Below, piece by piece: positions 35,769 to 44,453 of a stretch of 64,000 nt of DNA. Source of the DNA: an uncultured Gemmatimonadales bacterium (GTDB lineage: Bacteria; Gemmatimonadota; Gemmatimonadetes; JACCXV01; JAHWKZ01); assembly GCA_964619975.1 (NCBI GenBank), contig CAZUIY010000327.1, positions 1,706-65,705 of the forward strand, read 5' to 3'. The notes under the pieces are model-generated. The model was not told the DNA's origin. It saw nothing but the letters and a program-made list of their open reading frames with translations, and made no database searches. Within the stretch, counting starts at the first letter, position 1. Every line of letters starts with the position of its first letter. A program made the translations under genes and the position numbers.

Positions 35769-35876
35769 TTCCCTCCCGTGGCCGGTTCGATCCCGGCCGC
35801 ACCATTCGCGGACCGCAACGGGCGGGCGCGGGAGCAGAGGCTAGCCGGGTGTAGCCGGCGCAGACGAGGCGAGACG

Positions 35877-36260
35877 ATGACCGGACAAGCGCGAGCAAAG
35901 AAGGGCGGCGAGATCGGGACGAACGGCGAGTTCTACGAGGGTGGCAAGTTCCTGCCGACCACAGAGAAGCCGAAGCGCCACGGCTCCGGCAAGCGCAGCA
36001 CCGGACGCGAACAGTACGAGCCGTACACGTGGGCCGTGCCCCCGGCTGACGGCCTGCGCCCGGTGTTCCGCCATGTCGGCGTGTTCATCGTGCTGGGCCG
36101 CGACGGCCACGCATCGCTGCATCCGACCGTCAACTGGGCATATTTCCGCACGTCTCCCGAGTTCGGCCAGAATCTCGCGGACGCGTGGAATGCGGGCATG
36201 CGATGGGAGACGGCCGATAGCTCCGAGTTCTTCCCTCACGCCGACGCGCTGGACCGCTGA
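35877..36260 (+). CDS. Early protein (127 aa)
   Basis: Start MTGQARAKKGG at 35877 in the GAGACGATGAC context. Confidence 0.6.
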   Translation: MTGQARAKKGGEIGTNGEFYEGGKFLPTTEKPKRHGSGKRSTGREQYEPYTWAVPPADGLRPVFRHVGVFIVLGRDGHASLHPTVNWAYFRTSPEFGQNLADAWNAGMRWETADSSEFFPHADALDR

Positions 36261-36334
36261 AACGAGAAGTGCCCGGGGCGTGTGTAGCACCCCGGGCGTG
36301 TACCCCCCGGACGATGACACCACAGGGAGAACAC

Positions 36335-36634
36335 ATGCAGACTAGCACGACGATCCCCGAGAATCAACCCGAGCTGGCCGGCTTCGCCGACGGCGACCCC
36401 TGCCCGGTGCACGGCACGGCGTTCCGCAAGCTGTACACGTTCGGCAGCAGCATGACGGCCGAGACGGACGTATGCACCTTCCACGGTTGCCGGTGCGCGG
36501 TGGCGATCCCTCACGACCCGGTCGGCACGTTGCATCTGTCGGCGGTCTACTGCCGGACCTACGATGCGGCTGCGGGCATCGGCCGGATGCGGGCGATGGA
36601 TTGGTCTGCGCGGATGAGTCGGGGCGGCTTCTGA
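36335..36634 (+). CDS. Early protein (99 aa), Cys/His-containing
   Basis: Start MQTSTTIPEN at 36335 after GGGAG plus 5 nt. An in-frame alternative ATG lies at 36314. Confidence 0.6.
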   Translation: MQTSTTIPENQPELAGFADGDPCPVHGTAFRKLYTFGSSMTAETDVCTFHGCRCAVAIPHDPVGTLHLSAVYCRTYDAAAGIGRMRAMDWSARMSRGGF

Positions 36635-36724
36635 CCGTTGCTCCGCTGGCGGGTGCAACTCCCGCCGGCTGGATCTGCCCGAGACGGGCGGAGCAACCAC
36701 GAGGCACCGACGAGGTACAGGACG

Positions 36725-37303
36725 ATGACGACGATGACCGACACGCAATACGACAAGCTGCAAGAAATCGGCCGCAACGCGATGGCCAGCATCCGTGAAA
36801 TGGTCGCGGCCCTGGAAGTGGACTACGACCGCCTGCAGGAACTGCGGCAGGATCGCGAGTACCGACAGGAACGGCTGGAGGAACTGCGCGACGCCCGAAC
36901 GGATCTGCAGGAGGACGGCGACGATCTGCCGGAGGATCAGGCCGCCGAGCTGGCCGAACTCGAAGGCGAATGGACCGACGCGGAGAAACTGGCTGAACTC
37001 GAGGAGGCAGCGGGCGAGTGTGAGGACGATGACGACGCCCGGCAGCGCATCCACGAAGACCCGCTTTCGATCCAGTACCGCAGTGGCTGGGCGAGCAGCC
37101 CGGCCGAATTCGAGGCTCAGGAGTACGAAATCCTGTTGGGGACCGGCGGGCCGGCCGTGCGGATCCTCGGTGAAATCGGCGGCGGGTGCGTGCTGCAGAC
37201 GCAGGACTGGGGCACGCAATGGACGGACTACCACGGGGGCGATGCCGACGACCGCGCCGCGCTGGAGGCATACGTGGACTGCCTCGGGGTCAACGATCTC
37301 TGA
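36725..37303 (+). CDS. Acidic coiled-coil early protein (192 aa)
   Basis: Start MTTMTDTQYDKL at 36725. Confidence 0.65.
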   Translation: MTTMTDTQYDKLQEIGRNAMASIREMVAALEVDYDRLQELRQDREYRQERLEELRDARTDLQEDGDDLPEDQAAELAELEGEWTDAEKLAELEEAAGECEDDDDARQRIHEDPLSIQYRSGWASSPAEFEAQEYEILLGTGGPAVRILGEIGGGCVLQTQDWGTQWTDYHGGDADDRAALEAYVDCLGVNDL

Positions 37304-37410
37304 CCCACTGACCCACCGCCGAAACCCGCTCACGCGGGTCTGCCGGTCGCTCCGGCACTGACGAGGCTACGCCGGGCAGCACCCGGCACCACCACGAACG
37401 GAGCAGGACG

Positions 37411-37668
37411 ATGACGACCGAAAACAAGATCATCGTGTCCATCGATCGCGACGGCGTGTGGGCAGGCGACGGCGTGTGGACCGCTGACTGCACTATCGTG
37501 GATTGCGCTGCCGTCTTGGGCAGTAGCCAGGACGAGAGCGACGAGACCTACGAGGCTTTGGAGGCCGCGTTGGCGTCGCTGCCGCAGGACGCCGAGCACT
37601 GGCGCGGCCCGGTATCGGTCGAGCGGCCCGATGGCGTGTACTCGGCGGTCCTGCTCGACGAGGCCTGA
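37411..37668 (+). CDS. Small acidic early protein (85 aa)
   Basis: ORF track. GGAGCAGGACGATG leader. Confidence 0.65.
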   Translation: MTTENKIIVSIDRDGVWAGDGVWTADCTIVDCAAVLGSSQDESDETYEALEAALASLPQDAEHWRGPVSVERPDGVYSAVLLDEA

Positions 37669-37708
37669 CAAACCCGCCGGGAGCACCCGGCACAACGGAG
37701 ACGAGACG

Positions 37709-37948
37709 ATGAGATGTGAAATCTGCCAAGCGCCTCCCGCGCCTGGGGACTGGCTGTGCGGACCGTGCCGCGCGACCCGCTGCACCAAGTGCGAAGCGCC
37801 TCCCGCCCCCGGAGACTGGATGTGCAAGGAATGCCGCCGAGACTATGAGTGGCAGGTCGGATACGCGCAGGGACGACTCGGCGGTTCGCAAACGGCCGGG
37901 TCGATGGCTGGTTATGACGCTGGCCGTGCCGATGGTCGGCGGTCGTGA
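37709..37948 (+). CDS. Tandem zinc-finger protein (79 aa)
   Basis: Start MRCEICQ at 37709. Duplicated C..C.APPAPGDW.C..CR motif. Confidence 0.6.
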   Translation: MRCEICQAPPAPGDWLCGPCRATRCTKCEAPPAPGDWMCKECRRDYEWQVGYAQGRLGGSQTAGSMAGYDAGRADGRRS

Positions 37949-37981
37949 CGACCACAACCAAAACACGAGAGGAACGAGACG

Positions 37982-38236
37982 ATGACCGACACGATGACCG
38001 ACACCATCAAAGCCGCAATCGCCCAGATTCTAGACGACCGCGCAGGAAGCGCCGCAATCGAGTTGGTCCGCCACGCCCACGGGGATGAATACGTGGCCCG
38101 GCTACGACACGCCGTGTCGGCGGCGAGCGATGCGCTGGACCACCTGGCCGACGTGGCGTCAGATGGAGCCGGCGAGTGCCTGCTACGCAGCGAGGTCGCC
38201 GGCCCGCTGACTACCACCGCGAACGGAGAACTGTGA
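37982..38236 (+). CDS. Small early protein (84 aa)
   Basis: ORF track. Confidence 0.6.
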   Translation: MTDTMTDTIKAAIAQILDDRAGSAAIELVRHAHGDEYVARLRHAVSAASDALDHLADVASDGAGECLLRSEVAGPLTTTANGEL

Positions 38237-38454
38237 TGAAGACCACCGCCCACATCATCGCCGGCATCGCCAAGCTGCACGCCACCGGCCAGTACGACCA
38301 CTACGAGGTGTCGCCGTTGTCCGGACCTCACGAGGGACCGCTGCCTGCCGGGTACGCAGGCGAAGCGTACTCGCTCACGGACCCCGATCTGATCGCGGCG
38401 CTCACCGCCCTCGCGGACGACGGCCACGCGTTGCCCGGGATCGAGGCCCGATGA
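38236..38454 (+). CDS. Small early protein (72 aa)
   Basis: Start MKTTAHIIAG at 38236 in a TGATG overlap. Confidence 0.6.
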   Translation: MKTTAHIIAGIAKLHATGQYDHYEVSPLSGPHEGPLPAGYAGEAYSLTDPDLIAALTALADDGHALPGIEAR

Positions 38455-38492
38455 CGGCCATCCAACCACAAAACACGAACGGAGACGAGACG

Positions 38493-38765
38493 ATGACGAC
38501 CGCAACCGCTTACCTGCTGGATCGTGACCGCCTGGGTAATGCCAAGAGCCTGCCGAACTACGCGCCCGGCTGGACCTTCAACGGCGCCGGGCACCACGAT
38601 GAGGAGCGCCGCGTAGTCCTCCCGGACGGCTGGACGCCGAACGACGAACAGCCGGAGGTGTTCGATGCCGCCGGAAACAAGGTGCTCATCGTTGGCGCGA
38701 ACAATGCCGCACTTGTGGTCGAATGTATGGATTCGACGCGCGTTGCCCTGCCTTGGGCTCGCTGA
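38493..38765 (+). CDS. Small early protein (90 aa)
   Basis: Start MTTATAYLLD at 38493 after GGAGACGAGACG. Confidence 0.6.
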   Translation: MTTATAYLLDRDRLGNAKSLPNYAPGWTFNGAGHHDEERRVVLPDGWTPNDEQPEVFDAAGNKVLIVGANNAALVVECMDSTRVALPWAR

Positions 38766-38808
38766 CACGCAACCCGCCGGGCAGCACCCGGCACAACGGA
38801 GCAGGACG

Positions 38809-39006
38809 ATGGCTGATATTCAAGACTACAAGGGTCCGTGGTCGGTTCGCTGCGCATGTGGATCGCTGCTGCGATGCGAGGAGCGCCGGCAAGTTCGCTG
38901 CGCATGCGGGAACAACTTCACGGCGGGGCAGCTTCGACACAAGAACGAGACCGACGAGGACGACCGCGAGAAGCGCGCAATCGTCCACGACTTCACCGGA
39001 TCCTGA
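38809..39006 (+). CDS. Small Cys-rich protein (65 aa)
   Basis: Start MADIQDYKGPW at 38809. CACG...CACG. Confidence 0.55.
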   Translation: MADIQDYKGPWSVRCACGSLLRCEERRQVRCACGNNFTAGQLRHKNETDEDDREKRAIVHDFTGS

Positions 39007-39087
39007 CCCCCACCCACCACCCCGCACCAGCCCGCCACCGCGCGGGCTTGCGGGCGTAGAGGGCCACCAGTACGGAGCCGACGGACG

Positions 39088-39762
39088 ATGACAACCGCCA
39101 TAGCCTACTGCCGCATCTCCACCGACGAACAGGCCGACGGGCTCGCCGCCCAGCGCGACGCCTGCTGGGCGTGGTGTGACCGCGCCGGCGCCGAACTGCT
39201 CGCCATCCACGCCGACGAGGGCGTGAGCGGCAGCACGGGGCTCGACAAGCGCCCGGGTCTACTCGAAGCCATCGCCAGCCTGCAGAAAGGTGCCGTGCTG
39301 GTCGTCGCCCGGCGTGACCGACTCGGGCGCGACCCGATCCACGTGGCGATGATCGAAAGCGCCGTCGCACGCAAAGGCGCCCGCGTCGTGTCGGCCGCTG
39401 GCGAGGGCACCGACAACGATGATCCGGCCAGCATCCTCATGCGCCGGATGATCGACGCATTCAGCGAGTACGAGCGGCTCATCATCAAGGCGCGGACCCG
39501 CGCTGCGATGCAGGGCAAGAAGCGCCGGGGCGAATTCACCGGCGGGGAACCGCCGTTCGGCTGGCGACTTGCCGCCGACGGCACCAGCATTGAGCCGTGT
39601 CCACTGGAGCAGCCCGTGCTGCAGACCATCGAGCAGATGCGCGCGGACGGGCTCGGAACAAGGGCAATCGCCGAACGGCTGAACGCGGAGGGAATGCCGG
39701 CTCGAGGCACGCGATGGCACCGGACCACGATCCGTCGCGCGCTGGAACGGGGGACAAACTGA
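39088..39762 (+). CDS. Serine recombinase (224 aa): resolvase-type catalytic domain plus a short recombinase-domain fragment
   Basis: YCRISTDEQ active-site motif at the N-terminus, VVARRDRLGR, and a C-terminal PFGW...LNAEGMPARGTRW segment resembling the start of the large-serine-recombinase DNA-binding domain. No zinc-ribbon or coiled-coil region. Confidence 0.8.
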   Translation: MTTAIAYCRISTDEQADGLAAQRDACWAWCDRAGAELLAIHADEGVSGSTGLDKRPGLLEAIASLQKGAVLVVARRDRLGRDPIHVAMIESAVARKGARVVSAAGEGTDNDDPASILMRRMIDAFSEYERLIIKARTRAAMQGKKRRGEFTGGEPPFGWRLAADGTSIEPCPLEQPVLQTIEQMRADGLGTRAIAERLNAEGMPARGTRWHRTTIRRALERGTN

Positions 39763-40337
39763 TGGGCAGACCAGCACTGCGGCAGAAGGTGAAGCTCGCC
39801 GACGGTACGATCGTCGGCGGCGGCGCGACCGGCAAGGCGAAGCTGAACAAGCTGGAGAAGCTGATTATCGCGGACCTCGCCGAGCGAGAGGGCGGGCTCG
39901 TCACGATCGCCGAGCTGTGGAAGCGCTCGCTCGAGATCGGGATGAACTACAAGCGGAACAGCGTGTACCGCACCGTGGCGAAGCTGGCCGACCCCAGCAC
40001 CTACCCGAAGTTCGTCCGACCGCTGGTGTACCGCGACTCCACCGGCGACGGCGAAACGCTGGTCGGACTGGTTGGTGGCGTCGAAGTCGAATGGGAGGGG
40101 TACGAGATCCCGCGGCCGAAGGGCGAGAAACTGATTGCGCAATCCGTGCTGGCCATGGATGACCTTCTGGACATCGAGCGGGTGGTTCGGAACGCCGTCA
40201 ATGACATCATCCACCGCGAGATCAACCGGCTGCTGCTCGAGTTGGGTCTGCCGACTCGCTGGCGTCCGGACTACAGATCGCAGCAGGACGCAGCAGAAAA
40301 CGGCTCAGGGGCCAACGAGTCAGACGATGAGGGGTAG
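39762..40337 (+). CDS. Hypothetical protein (191 aa), translationally coupled to the recombinase; possible wHTH
   Basis: Start MGRPALRQKV at 39762 in a TGATG overlap. Confidence 0.6.
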   Translation: MGRPALRQKVKLADGTIVGGGATGKAKLNKLEKLIIADLAEREGGLVTIAELWKRSLEIGMNYKRNSVYRTVAKLADPSTYPKFVRPLVYRDSTGDGETLVGLVGGVEVEWEGYEIPRPKGEKLIAQSVLAMDDLLDIERVVRNAVNDIIHREINRLLLELGLPTRWRPDYRSQQDAAENGSGANESDDEG

Positions 40338-40363
40338 GGGTCCAGTTGCCCGACGATCCGGCC

Positions 40364-40729
40364 TTAAATCGAATCCTCGCAAGCCATATCCAGGTGCGTT
40401 CTGTGCGGTAGGGCGTTTGCTGCCAGAAGGACGCACGCCAGCAGCTCGCAGTCCCACAGCAGCACTTCCTCGCGGACTGGCGTGTACCAGCGGCGGCGCT
40501 GCGCGATGAACGTCCCGGCAGGATACGACTCCACCCGCAGGCGCCGCGCGCGCTGTTCGTACCACTGCTCGCGCTCTACATTCATCGCGAACCAAACGGC
40601 AGGACTGCCAGCCGTCGCCGGATGGTCGAAGCCAATGTAGTACGGCGTGGGCACAAACGGCGTGATCACGCGGGCGCAATGCTCACGTTGCCGGGCGTAG
40701 GACGCCGCCAAGCGCTTGTCATCCTTCAT
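40364..40729 (-). CDS. Hypothetical protein (121 aa)
   Basis: ATG 40729, 8 nt after GGGGAG. Confidence 0.55.
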   Translation of the reverse strand: MKDDKRLAASYARQREHCARVITPFVPTPYYIGFDHPATAGSPAVWFAMNVEREQWYEQRARRLRVESYPAGTFIAQRRRWYTPVREEVLLWDCELLACVLLAANALPHRTHLDMACEDSI

Positions 40730-40753
40730 CAGCACTACTCCCCTGCCAGCGCT

Positions 40754-40945
40754 TTACACGTCCAGCCCGCGTTGGCGTAGTTGGGCTCGGATGTTGCGGT
40801 GTGCGCGGTAGTCGGACGGCGTTCGGTGGATGGCGACGGGCGTCAGGCTGCGGTCTGGTGGCAGCAAGAGCCAGCCGGCACGGGTAGTCTGGATTCGCCA
40901 GCCAGCGGATCGGGCGGCGCGGATGATGCGGCGGATGTGGCTCAT
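40754..40945 (-). CDS. HicA/YcfA-like small protein (63 aa)
   Basis: AGWRIQTTRAGWLLLPP...HRTPSDYRAHRNIRAQLRQRGL resembles the HicA-fold pattern from memory. No obvious HicB partner. Confidence 0.35.
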   Translation of the reverse strand: MSHIRRIIRAARSAGWRIQTTRAGWLLLPPDRSLTPVAIHRTPSDYRAHRNIRAQLRQRGLDV

Positions 40946-40952
40946 GCCTCAG

Positions 40953-41999
40953 CTACTCCCCTGCGCCTACGCTGGCGACCCACGCTCGCGCGATCGTGCG
41001 CCCGCTGGTGAGCGTGATGGTGTCGTGGGCGTCGCGGCGGTCGAGTTCGTCGGCTGGGTCCAACACGTCGGCTACGAGGCCGACGGCGTGTGACCACCAC
41101 CCGCGCAGCGCCACGCCGCCGTTGCGTTCGTCTTCCCATCGATCCGACCAGACCCGACCATCCCCGCCGTCGTAGTCCTCGCCGGGGGCGCGGCGGCCGT
41201 CCGACCGGCCCGTTGTCGCGCACACGGGGCAGTCCGGGTTCACGTACCCGACATGCCGGCCCAGATAGTCCTCGGGGCTGGTGGGCAGCGACGCCAGCCA
41301 GCGGTTCCAATCCGGCGAGCCCTGAGACGCTGACGGTCGCTGGATCACGCACCCGCACACCCCCGCGTCCTGCTCCTGCTCGACGCGCTCCGGCATGATG
41401 CGGCCTGTGCCACGCCGCAGATCGCCGTCTCCGCACTCGGAGCACGCAACCGGCGAACCATCCTGAAAGTAGGGCGGCGTTCCGCCCCAGTCGGTCATGC
41501 CCTCGCCACCGCACGCCTCACACTCCACCCCCGTCGCGCCGCGGAACGGGATCAGCGCGCGCAGTTGGCGAGTGGTGATGCGCACCCGCGCGTCCGCGTC
41601 CTGCGTGGGCCGCCACCAGCCGATCGGAAGCGGCGTGACGGTGCGCGCGGAACCCCGCTCGGAAATGTCGCTCACCGTCTGCCACCGGACCCAATCGCCG
41701 AGTCGACCAACGCGCTCCAACTCGGCATCCGCCTCCACGTCCGCGTCTGCCGCCAGCACCCTGCGCAATGGCACGGGAAGGCCCTGCTGGCCCGGTGGCG
41801 CTGGCGCGGCTTCGTAGCGGTCGGTGTCGGCCGCAAGGCGGTAGCCGATGCCGGACTGGCCAGCGCGGGTGTTGCCGAAGAACGCCGCCCACTGCTGGGT
41901 TGTCGCCGGCCCCATGTCGAGCCTTGCGCGGATGGCGAAGTACCGCATCACCATACGACGCGGATATCGTGGAGGCAGGTGCACCATCGTCTCGCTCAT
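40953..41999 (-). CDS. Hypothetical protein (348 aa) with CxxCxGxG zinc-finger motifs
   Basis: ORF track. CEACGGEG, CSECGDG, CPVC. Confidence 0.65.
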   Translation of the reverse strand: MSETMVHLPPRYPRRMVMRYFAIRARLDMGPATTQQWAAFFGNTRAGQSGIGYRLAADTDRYEAAPAPPGQQGLPVPLRRVLAADADVEADAELERVGRLGDWVRWQTVSDISERGSARTVTPLPIGWWRPTQDADARVRITTRQLRALIPFRGATGVECEACGGEGMTDWGGTPPYFQDGSPVACSECGDGDLRRGTGRIMPERVEQEQDAGVCGCVIQRPSASQGSPDWNRWLASLPTSPEDYLGRHVGYVNPDCPVCATTGRSDGRRAPGEDYDGGDGRVWSDRWEDERNGGVALRGWWSHAVGLVADVLDPADELDRRDAHDTITLTSGRTIARAWVASVGAGE

Positions 42000-42301
42000 C
42001 GGGTTGCCTTTCCGCGCAGTTCGTCCACAGCAGCGACCAGCGCCTCAGCGTTCGACTCAGTCGGGTGCTTGCGCCACTTCTTGGCCGCCGACAGAACGGC
42101 CCGTTCGCGCCTCTTGCGGTCGGCGCGTGCCTTCCGCTTGGCCTCGTGCCTTTCCATCGACTTGCGCGTGCGCTCCTCTCCGCGCTTTATGGCTGCGCGG
42201 CAGATGTTGCACAGTCCGTCATCGCCGGTCGCATCCCGGTAGCAACGAGCATCGAATCTGCCGGTTCCGGTCCAGTTGCGGCATTGCGTCGTCTCGCTCA
42301 T
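41996..42301 (-). CDS. Basic small protein (101 aa)
   Basis: ORF track. Confidence 0.6.
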   Translation of the reverse strand: MSETTQCRNWTGTGRFDARCYRDATGDDGLCNICRAAIKRGEERTRKSMERHEAKRKARADRKRRERAVLSAAKKWRKHPTESNAEALVAAVDELRGKATR

Positions 42302-42441
42302 CGGTCAGTCCCCCTGGCTTTGTCCAGCGCGTCCAGAACCTCGCGGATTCGGTTGTGCTCGGCTCGGTAGGCTGGGCCGACGAGACGCCGGACTTCGGCT
42401 TCGAGGCGCAGCAGCAGTTCGCGTTCGCGGTCGGCGCTCAT
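42298..42441 (-). CDS. Small helical protein (47 aa)
   Basis: Below the track cutoff. ATG 42441 (MSADRERELLLRLEAE...). ATGA overlap with the next gene. Shares an 18-nt initiation region with 41996..42301. Confidence 0.45.
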   Translation of the reverse strand: MSADRERELLLRLEAEVRRLVGPAYRAEHNRIREVLDALDKARGTDR

Positions 42442-42444
42442 CGG

Positions 42445-42654
42445 TCAGTCCCTTCCATCATCGCCCGCGTCGGGATGAACGTCTTGGCTGGCATCGCGGA
42501 TCGCCTGCTCGATGTCGAACGGCAGCATGATCGACTGAAGCATGCAGAGTTCGAGGTACCGCACCATCGCCTCGAGATGCTGCCGGGTGCCGTGCGATTC
42601 CTCGCGGTCGCGGTCGATGAAGCGGATGCGGTTGTCGTCTGGCTGGTCGGTCAT
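42445..42654 (-). CDS. Small protein (69 aa)
   Basis: Start MTDQPDDNRIRF at 42654 in an ATGA overlap. Confidence 0.55.
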   Translation of the reverse strand: MTDQPDDNRIRFIDRDREESHGTRQHLEAMVRYLELCMLQSIMLPFDIEQAIRDASQDVHPDAGDDGRD

Positions 42655-43319
42655 CCGCCCACCTCCAGTTCTGCCGTCGCAACGTCGCGGAACGCGAGTA
42701 CCGCGCGGACTCTGCGGTTCCACTTCGCCAGGTCTAGGCCGGCCGCTTGTGCGCACTCCATCGCATCCCGCCGACACGACCGGGCATCCACGGTATAGCC
42801 CCGGTCGCGAGCGTACACCTCTTTGACCCACCAGCGGATCGCGAGGTCGGCACGATTGGCCGGTTCCGGTTCTCCCGACAAACGCGGCCAATCCACCTCT
42901 GGCAGGCCGCCGGACAGCGCCTCGCGCCAATGCCTCAGGTCTGACGCATCCTCCAGAATCGGCAGCACCATCCAGCACGCCTCGCGGACAGCGATGTGCG
43001 CGCACGACGGCGACAGTCCGGCAAGGGGGTCGTCGGGGTCAAGCGTGTTGGTACGGCCGGTGCCGCGACAGTCCGAGCAATCGGTGATCCATCCAGTCGC
43101 ACGCCGCTCATAGATAGTGCTGGCGCGGGTAATGGCCATGGATAGTCTCCTTCCGGTACCGGCGCACTCCACGCACGGCTCCACGTCCGCCAGCCGCTGG
43201 TGCGGGCCGTCCGGCACGAACACGGTCGCACGCGGCGCGTCGAGGTGCGCGCGGATCGCGGCGTAGTCAGCGGTCGTGGTCGCGGTGGTTGCGGTGATTG
43301 CGTCAACGGTATGCGGCAC
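42651..43319 (-). CDS. Hypothetical protein (222 aa) with two CxxCxGTG motifs
   Basis: ORF track. CVECAGTG, CSDCRGTG. Confidence 0.65.
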   Translation of the reverse strand: MPHTVDAITATTATTTADYAAIRAHLDAPRATVFVPDGPHQRLADVEPCVECAGTGRRLSMAITRASTIYERRATGWITDCSDCRGTGRTNTLDPDDPLAGLSPSCAHIAVREACWMVLPILEDASDLRHWREALSGGLPEVDWPRLSGEPEPANRADLAIRWWVKEVYARDRGYTVDARSCRRDAMECAQAAGLDLAKWNRRVRAVLAFRDVATAELEVGG

Positions 43320-43500
43320 TGGTCCCCCCGTTCATCTTCCGCGCCGTCTCAGCGATGATCCCGCGTTGTTCACGGCTTCGCTCCCGGATCCAGCGGCACG
43401 CCTCGCACGGGCACGTTAGCGCGTGTCCGTACACCCGCTGGCCGTCCGATGTGACGACGGCTCCCGGCCAGAATGGCGGCTCGTCCTTGAAAAGATCCAT
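43303..43500 (-). CDS. Small protein (65 aa)
   Basis: Start MDLFKDEPPFW at 43500. Confidence 0.55.
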   Translation of the reverse strand: MDLFKDEPPFWPGAVVTSDGQRVYGHALTCPCEACRWIRERSREQRGIIAETARKMNGGTSAAYR

Positions 43501-43805
43501 CACCGCGTCCTCCCCTTTTGCTCCGGCCACTTGGAAGAATCAAACAGGTCCCACGTTCTGGTTGCGCACCACCACCACTCAGCGCCAGCAATGATCGGTG
43601 CCGACAGCACGACGAGGATTCCCACGGCGACGAGACTGGTGACGCGAGCGGCCAGCGATGCCGGAGCACCGAGCACGATGCACGCACGGCCAAGCGCCTC
43701 TGCCGACCTCGGACGGCCGAAGAACCAGCGTGCGGGAACGACGTAAGGCAGCCGCGCGAAGAATCCCGATACCGCCAGGGCGGCGGCTGCCAGCATCCAC
43801 CACAT
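43500..43805 (-). CDS. Small membrane protein (101 aa)
   Basis: Start MWWMLAAAALAVSG at 43805. 2-3 TM segments. Confidence 0.6.
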   Translation of the reverse strand: MWWMLAAAALAVSGFFARLPYVVPARWFFGRPRSAEALGRACIVLGAPASLAARVTSLVAVGILVVLSAPIIAGAEWWWCATRTWDLFDSSKWPEQKGRTR

Positions 43806-44119
43806 CAATGCCCCGCCTCCTTCGCGCACGCGCCGCAGTAGTGTGTTCCCTCATCGCTGCTGACGATCGCGCTGCGCGGGTGGCCGCAGGGCTGTGTGTC
43901 ACGCTCCAGCCACGCCGCGCACTCGGTACGGAATTGCTCGGCCCCGGCAAAGCTGCCGGGATAGCGGCTTGCGTCCTCGATCAGCCGCCGCGCTTCGGCC
44001 AACTGCGCGCGGGCTTCGTCGCGCTCGCGCAGGTACTGGCCGGCCAGCGCATCGATCTCGTCGCGGGATGCGCGCGTGATGTTCGCGAGGTTGTCGGGCT
44101 TGTGATCGCGCTCACTCAT
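43805..44119 (-). CDS. Hypothetical protein (104 aa)
   Basis: Start MSERDHKPDN at 44119. Confidence 0.6.
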   Translation of the reverse strand: MSERDHKPDNLANITRASRDEIDALAGQYLRERDEARAQLAEARRLIEDASRYPGSFAGAEQFRTECAAWLERDTQPCGHPRSAIVSSDEGTHYCGACAKEAGH

Positions 44120-44453
44120 CAGTCGGCTCCTCGTTCGGTGGCGGTGGCGGCGTGATCGGCCGGCGCGACCAGCGTTTGTGCTTGCACGGACGATTGCTGG
44201 GGCCAATCCACTCAGGCTCCGGTTCGGCCCACGTGGTGGACACATCGAGACTCCAGTGCAGGGCGCGGTCGTCTGGCTTGTCTGGCACCTCGCCGGCCGG
44301 CAGCCAGTCGCCCTGCGCCTGCTCGTAGGACGCGAGGGCTCGCCTCAGCGGCTCCGCTAGGCCTGAAAGGTCATTTCCGCACATGAGGGCCGAATCGAGG
44401 TATTCGAGGATCGGCCGCACCGCCTCCACCAGCTTGTCGGTCGCGTCACTCAT
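44112..44453 (-). CDS. Hypothetical protein (113 aa)
   Basis: ORF track. Confidence 0.6.
   Translation of the reverse strand: MSDATDKLVEAVRPILEYLDSALMCGNDLSGLAEPLRRALASYEQAQGDWLPAGEVPDKPDDRALHWSLDVSTTWAEPEPEWIGPSNRPCKHKRWSRRPITPPPPPNEEPTDE

Noticed and set aside
35778-35806. GTGGCCGG-TTCGATC-CCGGCCGCAC followed by CA: looked like a tRNA T-arm plus ...CACCA 3' end, i.e. a possible tRNA gene or tRNA-derived attP core
   Set aside because: No anticodon or D arm lies upstream, and the would-be acceptor strand (CGCACCA) has no 5' partner. It sits directly after a stop codon, like the other GC hairpins of this operon. It is most simply an intergenic stem-loop. A match to a host tRNA 3' end would revive the attP idea.
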